Positions 1 to 10,506 are shown, numbered from the stretch's first letter. The stretch is DNA of 64,000 bases from Thermodesulfobacteriota bacterium (GCA_030835345.1 JAURPH010000006.1:68088-132087); one strand, 5' to 3'. The notes: generated by a model from the sequence alone, not told the origin. Translations and numbers: made by a program.

Positions 1-2
1 TA

Positions 3-449
3 ATAACAGTTCCGCTTCTAATGATTGAATTTTATTTAATATTAGCTGCATGTACCAAAGTATCTCTAGGTGTCTTTTGGAGACTTACATTAGGAACATT
101 AGTTATGCTCATAGCTGGATATTTAGGTGAAGCCGGTTTTATCGATTCCACAATTGGTTTTGTTGTTGGAATGGGTGGATGGGCCTACATTCTATATGAA
201 ATATTTGCTGGTGAGGCTGCAACAGTTAATGCTAGCCAGGCAACTCCTGCTGTACAATCAGCTTACAATTCTATGAAATGGATTGTTACAATAGGTTGGG
301 CAATTTATCCACTTGGTTATTTCTTTGGTTATTTAGCTGGTGGTGCTGATGATGCTAGCCTTAATGTAATTTATAACTTAGCTGACTTCGTTAATAAAAT
401 TGGTTACGGTCTTGTAATTTGGGCCGCAGCATCTTCAGAAGTTGATTAA
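3..449 (+). CDS. Proteorhodopsin, 5'-truncated by the window edge (helices C-G); green-absorbing type, probable DTE proton pump
   Basis: Frame open from base 3: ITVPLLMIEFYLIL (T101, L105, E108 in GPR numbering), GYLGEAG, GWAIYPLGY, YNLADFVNK (D227, retinal-binding K231); followed by retinal synthesis genes. Confidence 0.96.
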   Translation: MTVPLLMIEFYLILAACTKVSLGVFWRLTLGTLVMLIAGYLGEAGFIDSTIGFVVGMGGWAYILYEIFAGEAATVNASQATPAVQSAYNSMKWIVTIGWAIYPLGYFFGYLAGGADDASLNVIYNLADFVNKIGYGLVIWAAASSEVD

Positions 450-460
450 TTCATAATTTA

Positions 461-490
461 AAGCATGCACTATTAACATGGTGCATGCTT
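461..490 (+). terminator. Stem-loop between proteorhodopsin and crtI (terminator/attenuator or mRNA-stabilising hairpin)
   Basis: Perfect 10-bp inverted repeat AAGCATGCAC (461-470) / GTGCATGCTT (481-490), 11 nt after the rhodopsin stop. Confidence 0.65.
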
Positions 491-498
491 ATATTTAA

Positions 499-1989
499 AT
501 GAAAAAAATTCAAACATTAGTTGTAGGCGGGGGTTTTGGCGGAATGGCCGCGGCTCTTAGAGCTAAGGCAATGGGTCACGATGTAACATTAATAGATAGG
601 CTTGAATTACTCGGTGGAAGGGCTCAAATAATAACTAAAAATGGATATAAACATGATACTGGTCCAACTGTAATCACTGCACCTTTTCTTTTTGAAGAAC
701 TATTTAATTTATTCAATGAAAATATTAAAGAGTATATTACATTTGTCCCCCTAGAACCATGGTATAGGTTCTATTTTCATGACTCAACAACATTCGATTA
801 TTCGTCATCAATCTCTAAAACAAAAAAAGAAATAGCAAAGTTTTCACTCGAGGATTCAGAGGGTTATGAGTCTTTATTGAAAAAATCTGAAGAAATTTTT
901 AATATTGGTTTTACAAAACTTTCTGCTCAACCTTTTACTTCTTTTTGGACTATGATTAAACAGATTCCTCATTTAATTAAATTAAAAAGTTATTTGAGTG
1001 TTTCTTCTTTCGTTTCGAAATACATTAAAAATACTAAAATAAGATCTGCCTTATCCATTCATCCACTTTTGGTCGGTGGAAACCCTTTTACAACAACATC
1101 AATTTATTCATTGATACATTACCTAGAAAGAAAGTGGGGAGTGTTCTTCTGTATGGGTGGTACAGGTAAATTGGTTGAAGAGCTATCTAATTTGATTAAA
1201 CGTCAAGGTATTAAGATTATTCTTAATGAGGATATAGTAAAAGTTCAGCATAAGGATAATATTGCAAAATATGCTATTTCTAATACAGGGAAAAAATATG
1301 ATTTTGATAATTTAATTTATAATGGTGATCCCCCCACTTTTTATGCAGAAGTTTTAAGTCCCAAACGCAAAAACCTTTTAAACCCAATAATGCCAGATAA
1401 ATTTTTAAGTTACTCAATGGGCTTGTATGTTTTATTTTTTGGTACAAAAAAGAAATATGATGGAGTAGCACACCATACAATTTGGCTAACGGAAAGATTT
1501 AAAACTTTACTTGAAGATATTTTTGAGAAAAAAAAATTAACAAAAGATTTTTCCTTATATATTCATAGACCAACTGCTACTGATGAAAGTTTTGCACCCT
1601 TAGGTTGTGATAGCTTTTATGTTTTATGCCCAGTACCAAACCTAAAGAATAATTTAAATTGGGATCTAGAAGGAGAGAATCTTAAGTGCAATATTATTAA
1701 TGAGCTTGAAAAAACTATCATGCCTGATCTGAAAAAATACATTACTGATATTTCCTACATGACACCTAAGAGCTTCAAAACAAATTATAGATCAATGTGG
1801 GGCGCTGGCTTTTCAATTGCTCCTAAATTTTACCAGTCAGCATGGTTTAGATATCACAATCAAGATCCTAAAATAAAAAATATTTTCTTTTCTGCAGCAG
1901 GGTCACATCCTGGTGCAGGTATCCCTGGAGTTTTATCCTCCGCTAAAGTTGTTGAGAAAATTCTAAGAGAGCAAGAGGTTAGATATTAA
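499..1989 (+). CDS. crtI: Phytoene desaturase
   Basis: VVGGGFGG FAD-binding motif, DTGPTVIT, HPLLVGGNPF, C-terminal GSHPGAGIPGV. Confidence 0.95.
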   Translation: MKKIQTLVVGGGFGGMAAALRAKAMGHDVTLIDRLELLGGRAQIITKNGYKHDTGPTVITAPFLFEELFNLFNENIKEYITFVPLEPWYRFYFHDSTTFDYSSSISKTKKEIAKFSLEDSEGYESLLKKSEEIFNIGFTKLSAQPFTSFWTMIKQIPHLIKLKSYLSVSSFVSKYIKNTKIRSALSIHPLLVGGNPFTTTSIYSLIHYLERKWGVFFCMGGTGKLVEELSNLIKRQGIKIILNEDIVKVQHKDNIAKYAISNTGKKYDFDNLIYNGDPPTFYAEVLSPKRKNLLNPIMPDKFLSYSMGLYVLFFGTKKKYDGVAHHTIWLTERFKTLLEDIFEKKKLTKDFSLYIHRPTATDESFAPLGCDSFYVLCPVPNLKNNLNWDLEGENLKCNIINELEKTIMPDLKKYITDISYMTPKSFKTNYRSMWGAGFSIAPKFYQSAWFRYHNQDPKIKNIFFSAAGSHPGAGIPGVLSSAKVVEKILREQEVRY

Positions 1990-2824
1990 TAATCAATTAT
2001 TATCTTTAAAAAGAAACGGAAAAAGTTTCTATTGGGCAAGCAAGGTATTGTCTAGGGATAAGATTGATAAAGTATCTCAACTATATTATGTGTTGAGAGA
2101 TTTAGATGATTTAGCAGATAATGATATTGATAAAAAAAATGTATTTATAAATCTGCAAAATTTTATTAATTCTAAAGAAGCAGATACTAATGATCCTGTT
2201 CTTTTAAAGCATTTAGATTTTTTTAATAATGTTAAATCTAATTTTAATTATAAACAATATTTTAATGAGTTTTTAGATGGAATGATTTTTGATCAGAATG
2301 AAAAGGTTCTTATAAAAGATAAAAAAGAGCTATTAGAGTATTGTTATAAAGTCGCAGGTACTGTTGGATTAATGATGTGTCCTATTCTGGGTGCATTGAG
2401 TGATGATGCCAAAACACATGCATCAAATCTAGGAATAGCTATGCAATTAACAAATATCGCTCGAGATGTTTTTGAAGATGCATCTAACAATAGACGCTAT
2501 ATCCCAGGTGACGAATGCAATAATTTAGAACCTTTCAAAATTCACAATAGAGATGCTAAGGAAGATCCAAGACAAAAAGAATTATTAAGAAATTCCATAA
2601 TACAGTTACTAGATTATGCTGACGAGCATTATGAGTTAGCAAAAAAAGGATATAGGTTCTTACCCTTTCGTTCAAAAATTTGTATATCCATAGCTGCAAA
2701 CATTTATAGAGAAATAGGAATAATCATTAAAAAAAACAATTATCAGCTCTCTAATAAAAGATATTATGTTTCTAAAAGGAGAAAGTTTATTATTTCTTTA
2801 AAAACAATTTTAGGATTTGCTTAG
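1985..2824 (+). CDS. crtB: Phytoene synthase (start probably ATT at 1985; ORF track start 2048 cuts off a conserved motif)
   Basis: KSFYWAS motif lies upstream of 2048 in frame; RDLDDLAD, YCYKVAGTVG, LGIAMQLTNIARDV motifs; GAGGT at 1975-1979. Confidence 0.9.
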   Translation: MNNQLLSLKRNGKSFYWASKVLSRDKIDKVSQLYYVLRDLDDLADNDIDKKNVFINLQNFINSKEADTNDPVLLKHLDFFNNVKSNFNYKQYFNEFLDGMIFDQNEKVLIKDKKELLEYCYKVAGTVGLMMCPILGALSDDAKTHASNLGIAMQLTNIARDVFEDASNNRRYIPGDECNNLEPFKIHNRDAKEDPRQKELLRNSIIQLLDYADEHYELAKKGYRFLPFRSKICISIAANIYREIGIIIKKNNYQLSNKRYYVSKRRKFIISLKTILGFA

Positions 2825-2831
2825 ATTGAAC

Positions 2832-3926
2832 ATGGCTATTAATAGAACTATATCTGTATTTGGTGGTGGTTGCGCAGGTTATTCATTGATTAAAGAGCTA
2901 TCAAAAATAAATGGAATTGATATAAATTTCTACTTGGGAACAGATAGTGTAAAAGATAATTACTGGGGATTTTGGGAAAATAAAAATGATAGCTTTCATT
3001 TTCCTATTCATGCCAAGTGGTATAAGTGGAAGATTTCTGATTGGAATGATGAAGTAGATTTTGAATCACGAGAGAATCCATATTGTATTGTGAAGAGATC
3101 TGAATGGTATAATTTTTGTAAAAATGAAGCTTCCTCCAAATCAGTAAAATTTATACGAGAGAATATAGATGAAAATAATGGAATTTATTATAGAAAGAAT
3201 AGAGAAGCAATAAAGTCAGATTATATTTTTGACTGTAGAACAAAAGCCTTTGAGGATGAAGTCTACAAGCAACAGTTCAAAGGATTTTTAATTCAAGTAA
3301 ATGAAAGTGTATTTGATAGTTCAGTTGTAAACCTTATGGATTTTAGATGTAATCAAGAAGATGGAATTCAATTTATTTATTTATTGCCTTTTTCGTCTAA
3401 GCTTGCATTGATTGAACCAACAACATACTCATATTCCACAAAAAGCGATGATTTTTATCTAAATACTTTAAAGAAATATTTGTTAGAAATATATAATGTT
3501 AAAGATTTCAAGATCCTTAATGAAGAAAAAGGAATAATTCCATTAGCATTACTTCCTGCTGATAACAATACTGCCATTTCAGTTGGAGTAAGAGGAAGAG
3601 CTAATAGACCAGCATCAGGTTATACTTTTTACTTTATACAGCTTCAAGTTAAAAAAGCATTTGATTGCATTGTAAAAAGAAAAGATAAATTTAATTTAAA
3701 TATACATTCGTTGTTAATTCGATTCCTAGACAATGTCTTTTTAGATGTTCTTAAATCTAATCCAAAATTGGCTCCAAAAATATTTATTTCTTTTGCTAAG
3801 TCTTTTACTGGTAATGAGTTAGCAGATTTTATGACAAATAGAATTAAGTTAAAATCATTATTTCAAATGATTATAAATCTTCCTAAATTACCTTTTATAA
3901 AATCTTTTTTCAGGAATTTATTTTAA
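2832..3926 (+). CDS. crtY: Lycopene beta-cyclase
   Basis: GGGCAG nucleotide-binding motif, LMDFR, FIYLLPFS, ALIE, RPASGYTF; position in retinal cluster. Confidence 0.88.
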   Translation: MAINRTISVFGGGCAGYSLIKELSKINGIDINFYLGTDSVKDNYWGFWENKNDSFHFPIHAKWYKWKISDWNDEVDFESRENPYCIVKRSEWYNFCKNEASSKSVKFIRENIDENNGIYYRKNREAIKSDYIFDCRTKAFEDEVYKQQFKGFLIQVNESVFDSSVVNLMDFRCNQEDGIQFIYLLPFSSKLALIEPTTYSYSTKSDDFYLNTLKKYLLEIYNVKDFKILNEEKGIIPLALLPADNNTAISVGVRGRANRPASGYTFYFIQLQVKKAFDCIVKRKDKFNLNIHSLLIRFLDNVFLDVLKSNPKLAPKIFISFAKSFTGNELADFMTNRIKLKSLFQMIINLPKLPFIKSFFRNLF

Positions 3927-4723
3927 TGGATTTTTTAACTGTAATTTCAATCGGATTAATAATTGTAATTGGCTTACCTCATGGAGCTTTAGATGGGTCA
4001 GTCTTTATTTGTTTAAATCTTAATAAAAATATATGGAACATATTATTGTTTGTAACCTTATATCTTTTACTTGCTTCTTTAGTTGCATTTTCATGGTTCT
4101 ATTTTCCCCAGGTTTCATTAATATTTTTTTTATTAATAAGTATTTTTCATTTTGGCATGGGTGATTTTCAGTGGACAACTGGCTTAGATAAATATCTTTA
4201 TGGTTTTTTAAATGGCGGAATTATAATCCTAGGTATAAGTTATTTTAATTTTGATACTGTTAATAATGTTTATAAATATTTAAGTATAAATACAGATTTG
4301 GTTTGGAAATTTCACAATTTTGCTAATATAGTTTTTTTAATTTTACTACCATTCTTTTTAACTAATATTGACAAACTTAGAACTGTGGATTTTTTTAGAA
4401 TATTTTTATCAATTCTATTAATTATTTTATTACCTCCAATTGTGGCATTTGCAATATATTTTTGCTTTATTCATAGCTATAACCATTTTAGTAGGATTGT
4501 CCCTGTTCTTAAGAATCAGATGAACTCCATAAAAATTCTCTATACTTTTTTAATATTTACGATATTCAGTTGGTTAATAGGGTTTATTATTTATAAATAT
4601 TTCATTGGCACTTTTGGAGCAGAAGAGCTAATTTATAGGATTTTATTTATAGGTTTAGCTGCACTAACAGTTCCACATATGATTTTGATAGATTTTTATT
4701 TTAGACCAAAGAATAGGATATAG
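3926..4723 (+). CDS. blh: Beta-carotene 15,15'-dioxygenase (Brp/Blh family)
   Basis: Membrane protein with GLPHGALD, SIFHFG, YFCFIHS, LTVPH iron-ligand His motifs. Confidence 0.93.
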   Translation: MDFLTVISIGLIIVIGLPHGALDGSVFICLNLNKNIWNILLFVTLYLLLASLVAFSWFYFPQVSLIFFLLISIFHFGMGDFQWTTGLDKYLYGFLNGGIIILGISYFNFDTVNNVYKYLSINTDLVWKFHNFANIVFLILLPFFLTNIDKLRTVDFFRIFLSILLIILLPPIVAFAIYFCFIHSYNHFSRIVPVLKNQMNSIKILYTFLIFTIFSWLIGFIIYKYFIGTFGAEELIYRILFIGLAALTVPHMILIDFYFRPKNRI

Positions 4724-4725
4724 TA

Positions 4726-5007
4726 ATGAGAATTGATATTGTAGAAATTAATCACAATTTATTCGATGTAAATATTGTAGATAAAGTTGAAACGTTTCAT
4801 AGAATAGAATTAGATAATGATTACCATCAAAAACTTTCAAAAGGTAAAATACAAAAGAAAGAACTTATTCTTTTTAGTATTGAATTCCTCCTATTAAGAG
4901 AACCAAACACTGCAATACTCAGTTCCTTTAAGTTACAATTGATAAACACTTATTTCCCAGAGTATGAAAATGAAATTATAATTAAGATAGAGGAGTCACA
5001 AAAATGA
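4726..5007 (+). CDS. Conserved hypothetical protein
   Basis: 93-aa ORF tightly packed between blh and purD; FLLLREP...IL..F.L..I..YFPEYE pattern looks like a conserved small-protein family. Confidence 0.7.
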   Translation: MRIDIVEINHNLFDVNIVDKVETFHRIELDNDYHQKLSKGKIQKKELILFSIEFLLLREPNTAILSSFKLQLINTYFPEYENEIIIKIEESQK

Positions 5008-6281
5008 AAGTAATGGTTATTGGATCAGGTGGCAGAGAGCATGCAATTTGTTGGGGGATATCAAAGAGTTCTAAGGTTGATAAGATTTATTGTGCACCGG
5101 GTAATGCAGGTATTTCTGAAATTGCTGAGAACATAGATATTAAAGCCGATGATTTAAATCAATTATTATCTTTTGCTCTAGAAGAAAAAATAGATTTTAC
5201 AATTGTTGGACCGGAGCAGCCTTTATCTCTTGGAGTAGTAGATCTTTTTCAAGAAAATAATTTATTAATTTTTGGCCCAACCCAATTTGCTTCTCAATTA
5301 GAGTCTAGTAAAGAATTTTCAAAACTCTTTATGGAAAGAAATAGTATTCCTACTGCATCTTTTAATTCATTTACATCATATGATGAAGCAGAGTCATATG
5401 TTAAAAAATCTGAGCTACCGATAGTTATAAAAGCTGATGGCCTTGCCTCTGGAAAAGGAGTTAGAGTATGCTTTGAAAGAATTGAAGCAATTGATTTCTT
5501 AAAAGACATTATGCTAGATAAAGTTTTTTCTTCTTCAGGAGAAAAAGTTGTAATAGAAAGTTTTCTTGAAGGAGAGGAAGCATCCTTTTTTATTTTTTCT
5601 GATGGTAAAAATATTCAAATGCTTGACTCATCACAAGATCATAAACGGCTTTTAGATAAAGATGAAGGCCCAAACACAGGTGGCATGGGAGCTTATTCTC
5701 CTGCACCTATAATTGATATGGAGACTAGAACCAACATTGTAGAGATGGTTGTGAAGCCCGTTTTTGAGGGATTCAAGAAGGAAGCATTAATTTATACTGG
5801 AATTTTGTATATAGGGTTAATGATTAAAGACAAAAAACCTAGTGTTGTCGAATTTAATTGTAGATTTGGTGACCCGGAAACTCAGCCTTTACTGTTTAGA
5901 ATAGATTCAGATATTTTCGATTTGTTTTACTTAACTGCATTAGGAGAGTTAGATAGCTATAAACTAAAGTGGAAAAATAAAACATCAGTAAGTGTTGTAC
6001 TTGCATCAAAAGGCTATCCCATGAAGCCTGAAACTGGGATTTGCATAAAAAACTTGGATAAGGTTAATCTAAATGATGACCAATATATCTTTCATGCTGG
6101 GACTTCTATAAAAGACAATGAAGTTATTATTAATGGCGGAAGAGTTCTTAACATAACTGCATCCGGTGATAACTTAAAAGAGGCAATAAATTCAGCTTAT
6201 AAAATAATTGATATGGTTGATTCATCTAATTTGCAATATAGAAAAGACATAGGTGCCAAAGGGCTTTTAAAAAATAGCTAA
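5004..6281 (+). CDS. purD: Phosphoribosylamine--glycine ligase
   Basis: GSGGREHA, APGNAG, KADGLASGKGV, GPNTGGMGAYSP, EFNCRFGDPETQ. Confidence 0.97.
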   Translation: MKVMVIGSGGREHAICWGISKSSKVDKIYCAPGNAGISEIAENIDIKADDLNQLLSFALEEKIDFTIVGPEQPLSLGVVDLFQENNLLIFGPTQFASQLESSKEFSKLFMERNSIPTASFNSFTSYDEAESYVKKSELPIVIKADGLASGKGVRVCFERIEAIDFLKDIMLDKVFSSSGEKVVIESFLEGEEASFFIFSDGKNIQMLDSSQDHKRLLDKDEGPNTGGMGAYSPAPIIDMETRTNIVEMVVKPVFEGFKKEALIYTGILYIGLMIKDKKPSVVEFNCRFGDPETQPLLFRIDSDIFDLFYLTALGELDSYKLKWKNKTSVSVVLASKGYPMKPETGICIKNLDKVNLNDDQYIFHAGTSIKDNEVIINGGRVLNITASGDNLKEAINSAYKIIDMVDSSNLQYRKDIGAKGLLKNS

Positions 6282-6286
6282 ATTGC

Positions 6287-6314
6287 TTGACATAGTATAT
6301 ATGTGTGGCATATT
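6287..6314 (+). promoter_or_regulatory. Sigma70-type promoter of the str/ribosomal superoperon
   Basis: TTGACA (6287-6292), 16-nt spacer, extended -10 TGgCATATT (6306-6314); SD GAGGT just before the rpsL ATG. Confidence 0.6.
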
Positions 6315-6338
6315 CAAAGGATTAAAAAAGAGGTATAA

Positions 6339-6716
6339 ATGCCAACAATTAGTCAATTAATAAAAAATTCACGCTCTGTAGAAAAGAAAAAAAGTAAATC
6401 TAGAGCTTTGCAAAACAACCCTCAAAAGAGAGGAGTTTGTACTAGGGTTTATACCACTACACCTAAAAAACCTAATTCTGCACTTAGAAAAGTTGCTAGG
6501 ATTAGACTTACGAATGGTTTTGAAGTAACTGGATACATTCCCGGTGAAGGGCACAAGCTCCAAGAGCATTCAGTAGTTTTAATTAGAGGTGGAAGAGTAA
6601 AAGACTTACCAGGAGTGAGATATCATATTGTTAGAGGCTCTCTAGACACAACAGGTGTTGATGGAAGAAAGCAATCTAGATCAAAATATGGTACTAAAAA
6701 GCCTAAGGCTAGTTAG
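6339..6716 (+). CDS. rpsL: 30S ribosomal protein S12
   Basis: [24 protein letters not shown]. Confidence 0.98.
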   Translation: MPTISQLIKNSRSVEKKKSKSRALQNNPQKRGVCTRVYTTTPKKPNSALRKVARIRLTNGFEVTGYIPGEGHKLQEHSVVLIRGGRVKDLPGVRYHIVRGSLDTTGVDGRKQSRSKYGTKKPKAS

Positions 6717-6727
6717 ATTTATATAAT

Positions 6728-7198
6728 ATGGCAAGAAAAGGACCTGTTAAAAAAACCCCAATTCCTCAAGATACTAAATATAATAGTTCTACTATAACTA
6801 AATTTATAAATGCAATTATGTTAGATGGTAAAAAAAGTATTGCAGAATCTGTCCTTTATGAATCATTCAAAATAATTGAAGATAAAGCAAAAACAAACCC
6901 TTTAGAGATATTTGAAGAAGCAATGACAAATGTTCAGCCACCAGTTGAAGTTAGATCAAGAAGAGTCGGTGGTGCAACATATCAAGTTCCTGTTGAGGTT
7001 AATTCAGCCAGAAAACAGTCTTTGGCTATTAGATGGTTATTAACTGCTGCTAGAAAAAGGTCAGGAAAGAGTATGTCTTCAAAACTAGCTAATGAATTTT
7101 TAGATGCAAAAGATAGTAAAGGCGGAGCATTTAAGAAGAAAGAAGATACTATAAAAATGGCTGAAGCTAATAGAGCATTCTCACATTATCGTTGGTAG
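6728..7198 (+). CDS. rpsG: 30S ribosomal protein S7
   Basis: RRVGGATYQVP, MAEANRAF. Confidence 0.98.
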   Translation: MARKGPVKKTPIPQDTKYNSSTITKFINAIMLDGKKSIAESVLYESFKIIEDKAKTNPLEIFEEAMTNVQPPVEVRSRRVGGATYQVPVEVNSARKQSLAIRWLLTAARKRSGKSMSSKLANEFLDAKDSKGGAFKKKEDTIKMAEANRAFSHYRW

Positions 7199-7209
7199 GT
7201 TCATAGAAA

Positions 7210-9282
7210 ATGAGTAAAGATTTAAATAAGACTAGAAACATAGGTATTGTTGCACACATTGATGCCGGTAAAACAACTACAACTGAAAGAATTCTTTTTT
7301 ACACAGGAAAAAGCTATAAAATTGGTGAAGTTCATGATGGAGCTGCAACCATGGATTGGATGGAGCAAGAAAGAGAAAGGGGTATCACTATAACCTCAGC
7401 AACAACTGCATGCAGTTGGGACAATCATGATATCAACATTATTGATACACCTGGACACGTTGATTTTACTATCGAAGTTGAAAGATCTCTCAAGGTTTTA
7501 GATGGTGCATGTGTTGTTTTTGATAGTGTCGGAGGTGTTGAACCTCAATCTGAGACAGTTTGGCGACAAGCAGACAGATATAAAGTACCCAGAATGTGTT
7601 TTGTTAATAAAATGGATAGAACAGGTGCAAATTTTCAAAGGACAGTCGACCAAATTAAAAATCGTTTAGGTTCAAATCCTGTTAGGTTACATATCCCATA
7701 TTTTAAAGCGGACTTATTTGAAGGAATTGTAGATTTGATTGAAATGAAACTAGCTTTATGGGATGGTGAATCGTTAGGTGCTAAATTTGAATTAATTGAT
7801 ATACCAGAAGACATTAAATCTGAAGCAGAAGAAGCAAGAGAAAATTTAATGGAGCATTTGTCAGATCATGATGAATCTATAATGGAAGATTTTCTTGAGG
7901 GAAATGAAATTGATAAAGAGAGAATAATAGAAGCAATAAGAAAGCAGACTATTAATCTTGATATTGTCCCTGTTTTATGCGGATCAGCTTTTAAGAATAA
8001 GGGTGTTCAGCTATTACTGGATGCAGTTGTAAGATACCTCCCATCTCCACTTGATATTCCACCTGTAAATGGTGTTGATCCATCAGATGAAGAGAAAATT
8101 ATGGAAAGAAAGGCTGATGACAAAGAGCCATTATCTGCATTAGCTTTTAAAATTATGACAGACCCTTTTGTTGGCACAATAACATACATAAGAGTTTATT
8201 CTGGAGTATTAAATTCGGGAACTCCAGTCTTTAATCCACTTAAAAATTCAACTGAAAGAGTAGGCAGACTATTAAAAATGCATGCCGATAAAAGAGAAGA
8301 GATTACATCTGTTGGAGCTGGTGACATAGCAGCAGCAGTAGGATTAAAAGATACTTATACTGGTGAGACATTATGCGATAAATCAAAGCCAATTATTCTT
8401 GAGAGTCTAAATTTCCCAGACCCTGTTATTTCTGTCGCAATTGAGCCTCAAACAAAAGCTGATCAAGAGAAGCTAGGTATGGCTCTTAACAAGCTAGCTA
8501 TTGAGGACCCTTCTTTTAAAGTAAAAGTTGATCACGAAACAAATCAAACAATTATTTCAGGAATGGGAGAGCTTCATCTTGAGATTATTGTCGATCGACT
8601 TAAAAGAGAATTTAATGTTGAAGCCAAGGTTGGTGCTCCACAGGTTGCATATAGAGAGACAATCAGAGGATCAAGTGAAGCAGAACAGAAATATATCAAA
8701 CAAACCGGTGGCAAGGGTCAATATGGTCATGTAAAAATCAGAATTGAACCTATGGATACAGGCGGTGGCTTTGAATTTGTAAACGAAATAAAGGGTGGAG
8801 CTATTCCAAAAGAATTTATTCCAGCCGTTGAAAAAGGAATAACAGAGGCAATGACTAGTGGTGTTGTCGCAGGTTATGAAGTAGTGGATGTCAAGGTTAC
8901 ACTTTATGATGGCTCTTTCCATGATGTTGATTCATCTGAAATGGCTTTCAAAATTGCAGGCTCACTTGCCTTTAAAGATGCAGTAAAGAAAGCAGGGGCA
9001 GTTGTTCTTGAGCCTATGATGAAAGTTGAGGTTGTCTGTCCGGAAGATTTTATGGGAACTGTTATTGGAGATTTGAGTTCTAGAAGGGGTAAAGTCCAAG
9101 GTACTGAACTAAGAGGTGAATTACAAGGTGTACAATCTGAAGTACCTTTATCTGAGATGTTTGGATATGCAACAGATGTAAGGTCCTTGACAGAAGGTCG
9201 AGCAACATTTACAATGGAGTTTTCAACTTATGCAGATGTTCCACCGAATATCTATGAGCAGTTGAAATTAAAAGAAGCATAA
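7210..9282 (+). CDS. fusA: Elongation factor G
   Basis: [37 protein letters not shown]. Confidence 0.98.
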   Translation: MSKDLNKTRNIGIVAHIDAGKTTTTERILFYTGKSYKIGEVHDGAATMDWMEQERERGITITSATTACSWDNHDINIIDTPGHVDFTIEVERSLKVLDGACVVFDSVGGVEPQSETVWRQADRYKVPRMCFVNKMDRTGANFQRTVDQIKNRLGSNPVRLHIPYFKADLFEGIVDLIEMKLALWDGESLGAKFELIDIPEDIKSEAEEARENLMEHLSDHDESIMEDFLEGNEIDKERIIEAIRKQTINLDIVPVLCGSAFKNKGVQLLLDAVVRYLPSPLDIPPVNGVDPSDEEKIMERKADDKEPLSALAFKIMTDPFVGTITYIRVYSGVLNSGTPVFNPLKNSTERVGRLLKMHADKREEITSVGAGDIAAAVGLKDTYTGETLCDKSKPIILESLNFPDPVISVAIEPQTKADQEKLGMALNKLAIEDPSFKVKVDHETNQTIISGMGELHLEIIVDRLKREFNVEAKVGAPQVAYRETIRGSSEAEQKYIKQTGGKGQYGHVKIRIEPMDTGGGFEFVNEIKGGAIPKEFIPAVEKGITEAMTSGVVAGYEVVDVKVTLYDGSFHDVDSSEMAFKIAGSLAFKDAVKKAGAVVLEPMMKVEVVCPEDFMGTVIGDLSSRRGKVQGTELRGELQGVQSEVPLSEMFGYATDVRSLTEGRATFTMEFSTYADVPPNIYEQLKLKEA

Positions 9283-9308
9283 TTTTATTTTTTAGGAGGG
9301 ACATTTAG

Positions 9309-10502
9309 ATGTCTAAAGAAAAATTTGAGAGGAATAAACCTCACTGTAATATAGGAACAATTGGTCACGTTGATCATGGTAAAACTACTCTTACTGCTGC
9401 CATAACTATGACTTTAAATAAAGCTGGTGGTGGTGAAGCAATGTCATATGAAGATATTGATAATGCTCCTGAAGAAAAAGAAAGAGGAATTACTATTAAT
9501 ACTGCTCATGTTGAATATGAAACTGAAGCTCGTCATTATGCTCATGTTGATTGTCCAGGACACGCTGACTATGTTAAAAACATGATAACAGGTGCTGCAC
9601 AAATGGACGGTGGAATCTTAGTTGTTAGTGCAACTGACGGACCAATGCCACAAACCAGAGAACATATACTTTTAGCTCGTCAAGTTGGAGTACCAAGATT
9701 GGTTATCTTTTTAAATAAGGTTGATCAATTAGGTGGAGACCAAGAATTAGTTGAATTAGTTGAATTAGAAGTTAGAGAACTATTAAATGAATACGGATTT
9801 GAAGGGGACGACACTCCAATAATTTCCGGTTCAGCATTAGCAGCAGTTGAAGGCTCAGATGCTGAAATAGGCGAAAATGCAATTAAAGAGTTAATGTCTA
9901 AAGTTGACGAGTGGATTCCACAACCTGCAAGGGATATAGACAAGCCTTTTTCATTAGCAATTGAAGATGTTTTTTCAATTTCAGGTAGAGGTACTGTTGT
10001 TACAGGTAGAGTAGAGCAAGGGAAGGTTAACTCTGGAGATAAAATTGAAATTGTAGGGATTAAAGACACAATCGAAACAACTGCTACAAGCTTGGAGATG
10101 TTTAGAAAAATTCTAGATTATGCTGAAGCTGGAGATAATGTAGGTGTTTTATTAAGAGGTATTGAAAAAGATGATGTAGAAAGAGGACAAGTTTTATGTC
10201 AACCTGGATCTATTAAGCCTCATAAAAAGTTTGAAGCTGAAGTCTATGTATTAAAAAAAGAAGAGGGTGGTAGACATACCCCATTCTTTAAAGGATATAG
10301 ACCTCAATTCTATTTTAGAACAACTGATGTAACAGGTTCAATTGAACTTGGAGAAAATGTAGAAATGGTAATGCCTGGGGATAATACAAAAATGAATGTA
10401 GAATTAATTGTTCCCGTTGCTATGACTGAAGGTCTTAAGTTTTCAATTCGTGAAGGCGGAAGAACAGTTGGAGCTGGTGTTATAGGGAAAATTATAGAGT
10501 AA
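9309..10502 (+). CDS. tuf: Elongation factor Tu
   Basis: [34 protein letters not shown]; SD AGGAGG. Confidence 0.98.
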   Translation: MSKEKFERNKPHCNIGTIGHVDHGKTTLTAAITMTLNKAGGGEAMSYEDIDNAPEEKERGITINTAHVEYETEARHYAHVDCPGHADYVKNMITGAAQMDGGILVVSATDGPMPQTREHILLARQVGVPRLVIFLNKVDQLGGDQELVELVELEVRELLNEYGFEGDDTPIISGSALAAVEGSDAEIGENAIKELMSKVDEWIPQPARDIDKPFSLAIEDVFSISGRGTVVTGRVEQGKVNSGDKIEIVGIKDTIETTATSLEMFRKILDYAEAGDNVGVLLRGIEKDDVERGQVLCQPGSIKPHKKFEAEVYVLKKEEGGRHTPFFKGYRPQFYFRTTDVTGSIELGENVEMVMPGDNTKMNVELIVPVAMTEGLKFSIREGGRTVGAGVIGKIIE

Positions 10503-10506
10503 TTAT

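Noticed and set aside
159-161. Carotenoid-antenna-binding rhodopsin
   Set aside because: The fenestration position is Phe (F152 equivalent), and no hydroxylase or ketolase gene is in the cluster.
9744-9770. Tandem 9-bp repeat GAATTAGTT x2 plus GAATTAGAA
   Set aside because: It simply encodes the conserved ELVELVELE helix of EF-Tu.
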